From Macrostomum hystrix (taxonomy: Eukaryota > Animalia > Platyhelminthes): a stretch of 64,000 nt of DNA. This document shows, in pieces, positions 23,525 through 33,031 of this stretch. The notes beneath the pieces were generated by a model. That model had not been told where the DNA came from, made no database searches, and was given only the letters and a program-made list of their open reading frames with translations. Numbering within the stretch: the stretch's first letter is position 1; each line of letters begins with the position of its first letter. The translations under genes and the position numbers were made by a program. The stretch lies in the NCBI GenBank assembly GCA_950097015.1, contig CATNEN010000004.1, positions 274,918-338,917 of the forward strand, read 5' to 3'.

Positions 23525-23825
23525 AATAATAATAATTGATTACACCTGTCCCAATTGGGCCAGATGTGCAGCCGACAGCACAGCCGCAGCTATTGCGCGG
23601 CGCATCTGAAGACTGCGTACAGCTGTTCAGTCCATGGACTGGGGGATGCCACACCCACCTTCAATTATCCCAGCCAATGCTCGTACCCATTTAACAGCTG
23701 CGTGAACTAAAGCAATGCAGAGTTAAGTGCCTTGCTAAAAGACAGAAATTGTTTCAGTGGAATCTGGAATCGAACCCCCGACCTTTAAGTCGTGAGTCCG
23801 ACGCCCTAACCACTAGGCTACAACC
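23525..23825 (-). mobile_element. tRNA-derived SINE, about 300 bp, with (ATT)n tail
   Basis: Head has A box TAGCCTAGTGG and B box GGTTCGATTCC. Central AGCAAGGCACTTAAC...CAGCTGTTAAATGGGTAC resembles conserved SINE core domains. 15-bp TSD TCTGGTCACCCTAAT at 23510-23524 and 23826-23840. Confidence 0.9.
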
Positions 23826-24478
23826 TCTGGTCACCCTAATATTCATATATAATTACATATTAACCGAAAATTACTGTGCCGATTCAGAGGGACAGATATG
23901 CGGACACTCAGAACTATGGACAATCTTGTCTGTCCACGCCCGTCTCGCAGGCCCAGGAACATCCTACCATCACGGGCCGTGGCTACTTTACTAGGCACTG
24001 TTTCCTCCGGGCGCGACCTTGCGAGTGAATTTTGCCTTTTTGCCTGTACGGCAACGAAGATGCTGAACAGTTTGTTTGTCCATGTATGCTCTTTTTTTCA
24101 ACAGAGACTGGCGATCAACGAGATTTGTCAGCCTCACAATCCTACGGTTTGTCCAGTTCCTTGGGGCAACAAAGACGACGAGCCACCGTTCGTCCCCACA
24201 GAAGACATCGGTGGACAAGCGGCCCCGTGCCATCGCCAATACACCTTTTTCCGTTCAATTTCAACAAAACTCGCATACAATTTCGGCAAGCCAAAAATCA
24301 AATTCGTCAGTTTATATTTAGCTTGACAAATCAACATTCAAATTCAGCAAACGCACATTCAGATTTAACTTGACTTAGCGGCAGGGAGCCTCCATGACGG
24401 ACGCAGCGAGGAGGCGGCTGATGCCGCCCATATCGCTAACCCCTGGCAGCCAGACAGCCTCCAGCGAGGCGGTGCCGC

Positions 24479-27400
24479 TCAGGGTGGTCCGTCGGTCGAT
24501 TCCGCCGCGCGATCTTCCTCGCCATAGGCTGGGAAGAAATCAGCTCGGCCGGTATCCCGGAGGAAGTGGGCGAGCTGTGGGATGTTCTCGGGCGAGCAGG
24601 CTTCGGCGAGAGTCGGTGCCGGCCCGAGATGTTTTAGCCTGGCCCGGGTGAAGGCCGGGCAGTGGCAGATGAAATGCTCTGCATTTTCGCGTCCGGAGCA
24701 GCAGAAGGGACACGTTTCCTCAGGCACGTGGCCTTGAAGGTAGCGGTGTCTGGTGAAGCAGCCATGTCCCGAAAGAGCCATAGTGACTGCTCTTAGGTCT
24801 CTGCGGTTAAGCCTGAGTAAGGCCTTACGCAGGTTACTAGAGGGGGTTGGCACCGCAGCCCTGGACTGGCGACAGTTCAGGGTGCTGGACCACCTCCTCC
24901 GGTGCTGGGTCTCCATCCAGCAGTTGATGCTGGAGTTGACAACTGAGATGGGGATCGGGGACTCCGGGCCCGGGCCCATCAGGGAGCTGGCTGCTCCAGC
25001 CTTAGCAAGCTGGTCCGCCATCTCATTCCCTGTGAACCCGGCATGCCCAGGGATCCACAGCAGCTCCACCTTGTTAGACTGCGCCAACCCGTTTAACTGG
25101 GTGTTGCAGTCCAAGGTGGTTCTGGAGCGAGAGGTGCAGCGGCTGAGGGCCTTGAGGGCTGCTTGACTGTCGGAGTGAAAAAAGATCCTCCGACCAGCCA
25201 GCTGCCTCTGGCGCATCTCAGCCGCACAGAAGCTGATGGCGAGCACTTCGTTTTGGAAAACGCTAGAGCTCTTGCCACAGTATTGGGAGTGGGTCCAGAG
25301 GACCTCACCACCCGAGGCGACGCACACTCCGAATCCCGATTTACCGTTCATCAGAGAGCCGTCAGTGTAACAGTGGACTGCCGGGTCATCCCAGCAGTCC
25401 TTAACCTCATTACGAGGGGAGATGCTGACTTTGTACCTGTGGCTCCGGAGTAAAGTGGCCGGGGCCCCGTCCGAAAGGATGGTGAGCCCTCCGCACTCGC
25501 CCAGAGTTTTCAGGCAGAGGTCAGAGTGAGGCAGAAGGGAGCGCTTCGAGAAGGCTCGCGAATTCTGGAAGGAGACACCCGCATCAAGAAGACGACGGGT
25601 GGACTTTGCTGCTTCCCCCTTGACGAAAATGTCAATGGGTGTAGCGTTGAGGAAAGCATTCATGCCTTCGAAGGGAGTGGAGGGTGGGGCGCCCAGCGTC
25701 ATACGACAGGCTCTGCCCTGCACACTATAAAGCGCCTCCAGGTTTTTCTGGATGCCCATGGCGCTGGCCCAGATGAGGCCAGCGTAAGCGACGGACGGTC
25801 TAATGATCGCCGTGTAAATCCACCAAAGGTTCTTGGGGGTTAGCCCCCAGGTGGTGCCCACGGCACGCCTGACTTGCGCCAGTATGGCCAGGGCCCTCTT
25901 GGCCTTTGTGGTGATGTGTGGGGTCCAGTTAAGCCTATGGTCTAGCACGAGACCAAGGCACCGGACCTGCTTTTCCATGGCAATATTCTTGCCATAGAGA
26001 GTCAGAGGCTTAATGGTCCAGAGCAGTTTGCTGGATAAACATAACCGCAACGGTCTTGGACTCAGAGAGTCGGAGCCCGCATTGGTCCTGCCCAGCGCAC
26101 CGCCCTGTTGATAAAGCCCTGGATGAGGTCTCTGGTGGTTTCCGCCGAGGGGCCCGCGCAGATGGCGGTCACATCGTCGGCATATCCCACCTTCAGGACT
26201 GGGTCTGGACGAGTGCTTTTCAGCAGCTCATCCATGACGAGATTCCACAGCAGTGGGGTGAGGACGCCGCCTTGGGGCCCTCCTTTTAGGACAGGTGCCG
26301 AGAGCAGCCTTCCTTCGAGGTGGGCCACCACGTGGCGATGCCGGATCATGTACATGACCCAGCGAACGAGGTGGGGGTGAGTGGCCCTGGAGACCAGGGC
26401 CTCCTCAAAAGCTTCGAAAACAACGTTATCGAAGGCCCCCTCAATGTCTAGGAAGACAGCCAGGGCAAAACCGCTGCCCAGCACTGCCTTCTCGAGAGTC
26501 TCCACGATGCAGTGGAGGGCGCTCTCCGTGGACCGGCCCGCCCGAAAGGCGTGCTGGTTTGGGGAGAGCGGGGCCCGCCCTAGCTCTACAGTAAGAAGGC
26601 GCCAAAGCACCAGTCTTTCCATGAGCTTGAGGCAGGTGGAAGTCAAACTTATCGGGCGATAGGATTTGACCGAGCGATAGTCGCCTTTGGCGGGCTTCGG
26701 GATGAAGACGACCCGGGCTTCGTGCCACAGCGCTGGTACATAGCCCAGCACGATGCAGGCCCGTAGAAGTCTGCAGAGGAGATGGAGGAAGCGGCCATTT
26801 TTGACCGCTTCATGCAAAAAGGCCGGATAAATACCATCTGGCCCAGGTGCTTTGAAAGGGTTGAATGACTTTGCCGCGCGAACGATGCGGTCATTCGTGA
26901 CGAGTGACTGAGCCAGGCCCTGACCTCCACGTGAGTGGTCGTCTGGGCCAAAGTGCGCCGGTACACTCGGGAAGAAATGCCCTAGCATAAGCTCGAGCGT
27001 TTCCTCCGGGCGCTCCGTGATCGAGCCGTCTGGCTTTTTGATCGATGAGAGCTTGGAGAAGCGGTCGTTGGTGAGCGCCTTTACCACGCGGGCCGTGGGC
27101 CGCGAGCCCTCAAGCCCTTCGCAGTATTGTCGCCACTTGTCCGCTTTTGCCCTTTTGACCCGGCCCTTAAACTCATGGATGGCGCGAGTATAGGCCTCTT
27201 TGTCATCAGGGTCGTGCGAGATTTTCAACCTCCTCTGGAGAGCCTTAGCTCGGCGTCTCAGGACTCCGAGCTCGGGGTTCCACCAGGGGGCCGATTTTTT
27301 GCCTTTGTAGGCTTTGAGCGGGCAAGCCATTTCGTAGGCCTCTGTGATGGCGCCGCCCAGCAGGGCAGCCACTCCATCTAGGTCCTGCGTGGTTGCCATG

Positions 27401-28186
27401 GCCATGGAGGGGTCGGAATCCCGAAGGCCCTCATGCAGCTTTTGGCTGAACACGGGCCAGTCGGTGTTTCTGACATTACGCCTCCAGATAGGCTTTTGCT
27501 TCTTATCGGGGGTACCGATGTTGAAGCGAATGAAGCGGTGGTCCGAGAGCGAGCTTTCGGTCTCCCACACCTCCCACCCCAGCACCTTTGGGAGGATGCC
27601 GGGTGAGGCCAGGGTGACGTCAAGCACCTCAGCCCACCGCCCATTGTCGAACGTGGGCGTGTTGCCCACATTGCAGAAGTTAAGAGGCGTGCCGCTAACG
27701 AAGGCCAGGAGCTCTTCGCCGCGGTCATTGATTTTTGAGCTACCCCAGTGGGTGTGATGCGAGTTTGCATCTCCCGCGAGGAGCAGCTCAAAATTTCGTG
27801 CCCTGGCGAAATCACAGAGGGCGACGAGGGTATCGCTGACCACGGGGGCGTCGCCTGCCAGGTAGGCGGATGCCACGAGGGTCAACTTGTTGGGCACAAT
27901 GTGTGCAGATTGGATGACGCAGATGTCCCCGTTAGAGAGATCGGGTCTCATCCACGCATTTAAGGCTTTTGCAGCATAGATCAGTGATCTAGGGCGGACA
28001 GAGTCTGCCATGCAGAAGCAGTCATAGCCAGCAGGAATGTTACTTGGCTTGTTTTTTGATAACCAGGGCTCCTGCACAAGTACAAGGCCCGGCATCGTGC
28101 GCTCTGTCGTGCGCATCAGATTGACTGATGCTGCCACGCAGTGCTGGGTGTTAACTTGCAAGACATGATATTCCGGGGATCATCAT
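24479..28186 (-). CDS. LINE B ORF2: endonuclease, reverse transcriptase, RNase H, C-terminal Cys/His motif (three +1 frameshifts)
   Basis: [86 protein letters not shown]. Single extra bases near 28163, 26085 and 26035. Confidence 0.93.
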
Positions 28187-28198
28187 GCAGGCAGAGGT

Positions 28199-29748
28199 CT
28201 ACTTGGAGGGGGACTCAGCCAGAAGGCGGTCCTCCTCCTCCGGGTCGATGTCGGTAGCCATGGGCTCCTCCGTGCCCCGGCCCCGAGCCAGAGGCGGGAA
28301 CTCGACGGGGTCAGCCGCCCAGTCCCCACCCCCGGCCCTGAGCCCAGGCCCAGAGTCACCCTCAACCGGTGCCGACACCGCACCCTGGGCCGTGGGAGGG
28401 GCGCTCGAAGGGCCCTGCATCGATGGAGCTGGGCACCTTAGAGGCCTCCCCCGTAGCCCTTGGTTGCGGCGCCTGCCCCGGTGGGCCAGCCGCGCATCTC
28501 AGCGCGCAGCTGGGCCATCCTGGCGGTTCGCACCACCTCGGAGGCCCGCTGGAGAAGGCCCCGGCGCTTTGTGATGCGCGCGGGGCGACGCTCAGAGCTG
28601 CCAGCGATGGCACGCTCTGGCCTTTTTTGGCGAGACGACTGGGCCCTGCCCCCAGTCCCAGCCTCGGGGTCCGAGGACCCTTCAGTGGCCGGTACGGTGG
28701 TGGGCCCGGTCTGACCTCGAGATTTATCTGCCTCGAAGGCGAAGATTTTGGTCTTCCACAGACCGATGCAGATGTTGGCGCCATCTGGGTAACGGCGTGT
28801 CCATTGCTCGGACAGGCCCAGAATGGCGGTAAATCCGGTGCCATCGGGGCGCAGGATCGTGCGGTGCACGATCAGGCCCGCTGTCGGCAGCTCCCGGTTC
28901 ATCGCGATGAGGCCCATGCGGAGGTCCTCAGCGCTGGTGACGACACTTTTCGCCGGGACGAAAATGCGGTGTCGCTTGGTCTTTGGTGGCTCGTTCTCCC
29001 GGAGGAAGTCGAGGCCAGCCGCCCAGCTCTGCGTGGGCAGCAACTCAAGGAGCCGCCGCCCTGATTCCGCGTCGCCGGGCCAGACGACGAAGCACGATTC
29101 CCTGGTAGCGCTTGCGCCGACCGCCAGGGGCTCGCCCTTCAGTTGGAGTTGCCACAGCATAGCATCTATGTTGCGGCAAATGTTGCTGAGCTGTTCGCTG
29201 CTCAGCCTTTTTCCGTCTCTGCCGGTGATGACAACGGCAGGTTGCCTACGTGCGATGGCGGCGTAGGTGGCATGTGTTCCCGGGCCCTGTCCGGTGGCGA
29301 CCCCACCCTCGGGATCAGCGTCGGCGGTGGGCACAGGGCCCTCTGCCTCCGCTTCTCCTTCAGGCCGAGCCGCCGTCCGGATGGGCGCCGGGACCTCCTT
29401 GGCCCGCGACCCTGGCCTCGGGGCGTCGAGGGCTCCGCCCCGTGCAGGAGCCTGGGCAGGAGGCGCAAGGCCCCCCGCCCCAGCCCCCGCCCTAGGCAGA
29501 GCCCCTTCGGCCCCTCTGGTCTGGGCCCGGTCCTCGGTCGATGGAGCCGGCTTGCCGTGGGCCATTAAGCGCCTACGACGCTTCGCCGCTCCAGAGGTTG
29601 AGGAGCGCTTAGCGCCCCGGTCGTCGCGCGAGTTGGGCAGCGCGGCATTTGTGGCGGTCGCGGGGCCAGCTAGCCCGGGCGCCGCAGCGTGTATGGCCTC
29701 GGGCACCATGGTGTCCTCGGCCGGAGCAGTTGGTAGGCTGGAAGCCAT
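28199..29748 (-). CDS. LINE B ORF1 (gag-like), frameshifted near 28450-28550
   Basis: First ATG at 29748. The core is homologous to LINE A ORF1. The C-terminus EEPMATDIDPEEEDRLLAESP (ORF 28199-28420) matches the LINE A end EEPMELGQNTGEDEESLLNNSP. Confidence 0.82.
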
Positions 29749-29982
29749 TTGAAAGCTGCAATGAGGAGAGGGGCTTCCTGTAGACACAGGCAGGAATAAC
29801 CCGCTCAGCCGCGATCCCAAAGCTGAGCGGGGGCAGCCAAAAAAGACAAGTTACAACCCGGGGTGGGATGCCAGGACCACCGGGAGGAACCGTAGGAGGC
29901 CAGACTACTCCCTGGTCAAGCGTCCATCAGCACGGTCAACACTGGGACATTAGAGGGCGCTATTTGGCCAGCGCCGAGGCCT

Positions 29983-30330
29983 GCGGACTGGCCGCATACC
30001 CTGTTAAGGTCAAAGGGTGACACCTTTCCCTCAGAGCCGAAGCCAGAGGTACCTGATCACGCACAGGTGCACGAACGCTGCGGACTGGCCGCATACCCTG
30101 TTAAGGTCAAAGGGTGACGCCTTTCCCTCAGAGCCGTAGCCAGAGGTACCTGATCACGCACAGGTGCACGAACGCTGCGGACTGGCCGCATACCCTGTTA
30201 AGGTCAAAGGGTGACACCTTTTCCTCAGAGCCGTAGCCAGAGGTACCTGAACACGCACAGGTGCACGAACGCTGCGGACTGGCCGCATACCCTGTTAAGG
30301 TCAAAGGGTGACACCTTTCCCTCCAACCGG
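29983..30330 (-). repeat. About 3.6 copies of the 97-bp monomer in the LINE B 5' UTR
   Basis: Units begin at 29983, 30080, 30177 and 30274; same monomer as at 2242-2690. Confidence 0.95.
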
Positions 30331-30382
30331 GGCTAGAGGTACCCAGTTAGGCCGGAGGCCCTGGATGGGTCGTCCAGCGCTG

Positions 30383-30612
30383 TTGCCCATTCTGTCCGGC
30401 TGCCCTAGGGTCAGCCTTGAACACTCGCGGGACGTGTACCCATGGGTCAGCTGACGGGACAACGTGGAGAGGATTCCTTCACCCGGAGGCACAGGTCTCC
30501 TTTCTGCCAAACCTGCTCAAAAAACGACTGCAGGTGTGAGGCATCGCAGACCTTAGCCCGTAGGCCTGGTCTGACTCATACCACACAGGCATTGTGTCCC
30601 GCCGGTGCGAGC
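30383..30612 (-). ncRNA. HDV/CPEB3-like self-cleaving ribozyme at the 5' end of LINE B (predicted)
   Basis: The core is identical to the copy at 2742-2807. G1 (30612) lies immediately next to the TSD. Putative catalytic C at 30393. Confidence 0.78.
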
Positions 30613-30879
30613 TTCAGATTTAACAAGCAACATTACAATTTCGGCAACTGGCATTCAATTTCATACCGTCGCACAAGCTATTGTACTGTCTATGGTGAAA
30701 AGGGGGTTGAAGCGTGTAGAAATCTCATTCGATTTCGGCATTTTGCATTCAATTTCAACATGTATATTTTAGGTAGAACACATAGCACATCAAACAGAAC
30801 GGAGCGGAAAGAACACACAACGAAAACGAACACATCTTTTGTTTGACCAAATGTAATTGAAATGTACGCGACAGTCAAA

Positions 30880-31215
30880 CCGCATGTTCTCCGACAGATG
30901 CTTGCTTCTTGTCAGTTAATCGCCATTGATCTCCATCCTGGCCAGACACATGGGTACAAAGCTGAAGCAGTGGTTGTACCGTTCGCGACGACCTGATCGT
31001 ATGATGGAATATGCAGTCGATCTGTTGATATTCATGAGTCTTGCAAGACTGACATATAGTCTTGCCCGCTCTCATGGGCATCAAGAAGGCGGGCTCTATC
31101 CCCGTTGGACACTCTTCCGTATGGCCCTCGGGCTTCCTCTTCTTCTTCCTCTTCTTCATCGCCCTCTTCTTCGAAGATTTCCTCGTCGAAGATTTCCTCG
31201 TCGATCATAGCCGCT
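30880..31215 (-). pseudogene. Transposase remnant (N-terminal helix-turn-helix fused to extreme C-terminus)
   Basis: Acidic leader, then RVSNGDRARLLDAHESGQDYMSV / frameshift / ARLMNINRSTAYSIIRSG (HTH-like), then FVPMCLARMEI. The DDE domain is absent. Confidence 0.7.
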
Positions 31216-33031
31216 GCTCAAGTGTGTCTTTGAGAGTGTGGTCGTGTAGAAAGCATACGTATCAGAAAGTTGGCTTCTGTGGGCATTCTCTTGTATGGTC
31301 TGTACATGTTGTATGGATGTGATTGGGATATCTATGGTTGAAATTGAATTCAAGATGCCGAAATCGAATGAGAGTCCTACACGCTACAACCCCCTCTTAC
31401 CATAGACAGTACAATAGCTTTTGCTACGGTATGAAATTGAATGCCAGTTGCCGAAATTGTAATGTTGCTTGTTGAATCTGAATGTGCGTTTGCTGAATTT
31501 GAATGTTTATTTGTCAAGCTAAATATAAACTGACGAATTTGATTGTCAGCTTGCCGAATTTGAATGCGAGTTTTGTTGAAATTTAACGGAAAAAAGGTGT
31601 ACATGAGTTAGCAGAATGGGCGATCCTCGCCTCCCTGCTGTGTCCAAGGAACTCTGTAGGAACAAAGTCAAGTCAGTTGTGATGACATAATTTTTGTGCA
31701 TAATAAACTCTTGTATTTCGATCGGAAACGAAACGAACGGTGTTAGTACGAGCGTATTGTGGCGTAGGCAGAATATTTTTTGCTTTTTAAAAACTGTAAT
31801 ATAGTTTCGGAAATTCAGACAAATTACTTAGCTATTCGATCCGAGGATTTGCCTTGTCAAACTAAACTAAGCTTCAAAGCACATTATCAATTTCAAACAA
31901 AAATCCAACTTCTAGCTTAGTGAGTCTACGATTAAAGACAGATGAAATGGTTATACAAATAATTAGAAGCAGCGTCAAGGAAATCATATTAACTGATCGA
32001 CATTTAAAATAAGATTAGTTCAAATACCAAGTTTTTCTTTTCTCTGAAAATAAAAAAAACATATTCAAACAATCGCCTTGAAAATCCAGAACATGGGCTA
32101 AAATTTTCCGCTCTATCCGATGAAACAACTTCCAGAATTCCTAAACGTCAGCATCTTCGAGATATTCAACGATTCTCGTCGGACTGTCTGGTGGCTTCAA
32201 CCACCAATTTAGGCATATTTTTTCTGCTCACAAATTTTCATCATGTAATTACATGTCGGCTATTAATTGTTAATTTTTAATTTTTAATTTTTCGAACGCA
32301 TATGGATTTGCCATAGAGGTTACTTCAGAGCAATGTTAGTTATTCTTGTCACCAGGGTTTTCGACAAAAATTGCTGAATAAATCGATGAATGGCGGAAAA
32401 TGTTAATCTTTCACATTTGCAGTGCAGGTATTTGAAATACCCCGTGGTCCATTCACTGGGGGGGAGAATAGCCTGGACTTTCTACTGGGAAAAAATGTAT
32501 GAATATGTAGAGATAAAGACGGAATAAACTTGCAAAAAAACAAAAAATTAAGCACCTTATTAAAGGTTAAAACGGTTAGAAAAAATGTTAAAGAATGGTC
32601 CATATTGAGTAGTCGCTCTGGATTATAAAAAATGGTATCTGTTGGCCCATTCACACTGCCATCAAGCGAGGTCAGAATACACGTTGTACATTGTTTCTAT
32701 GACGCTTCAAAAAAATTTCTATACCAATTGCGAATCATTTGATGGCGGTGTGAACAAGCTTTTACGTTCGTAGAGCGCCGGATGATTTTGAACCTTGGTC
32801 ACTTTGTCACAATGAGGACATTATTGAAAATCGTTTCGATTTTTTCTAGATCTTTATCATAAAAACAGGGATTTGTTTTGTGAGCAAATGTCTATGCAGA
32901 TAGGCGTTTGTACTTAGTCTCAAATCTTTTAAAGGTAGGAAAGCATAGTTGGAGTACACAAGAAGCAAATTAGCAGGAACAAGCCTCCGAAATTTTGTAG
33001 TTTAATCCTTTAAAGCGTTAGAATGAAGCAT

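Larger units (their letters stand above)
24370..30612 (-). mobile_element. Full-length non-LTR retrotransposon B (I-group, LOA/Lian-like), 6243 bp
   Basis: 12-bp TSD TTCAGATTTAAC at 24358-24369 and 30613-30624; the empty site is visible in the opposite TIR. ORF1 plus ORF2 (APE-RT-RNase H-zinc finger). The 3' end ...CTAAGTCAA has no poly(A). Confidence 0.95.
24242..31599 (-). mobile_element. Tc1/mariner-IS630-type DNA transposon (about 1.1 kb without the nested LINE), internally deleted
   Basis: TA|CACCTTTTTCCG...CGGAAAAAAGGTG|TA. TIRs of about 260 bp: left arm 24242-24369 plus 30625-30760, split by the LINE; right arm about 31338-31599. Transposase remnant inside. Confidence 0.88.

Noticed and set aside
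23755-23825. tRNA gene
   Set aside because: Only A/B boxes are retained and the acceptor stem is not closed. It is the head of a SINE bounded by a TSD.
23898-24240. Possible coding exon after TTTTTTCAACAG (RLAINEICQPHNPTVCPVPW)
   Set aside because: No recognisable domain, and that frame ends within a few codons once the transposon is removed.
30300-30360. Twister-like motif (UAAC...UAGCCCC...GGAGGG) in the LINE head
   Set aside because: The loop size and P2 pairing do not fit the twister consensus, and UAA is not conserved in element A (AAA).
31930-33010. Possible TTAA-flanked DNA transposon remnant (Kolobok/piggyBac-like), including a 14-bp palindrome at 32242
   Set aside because: No convincing matching TIR pair could be found by eye.
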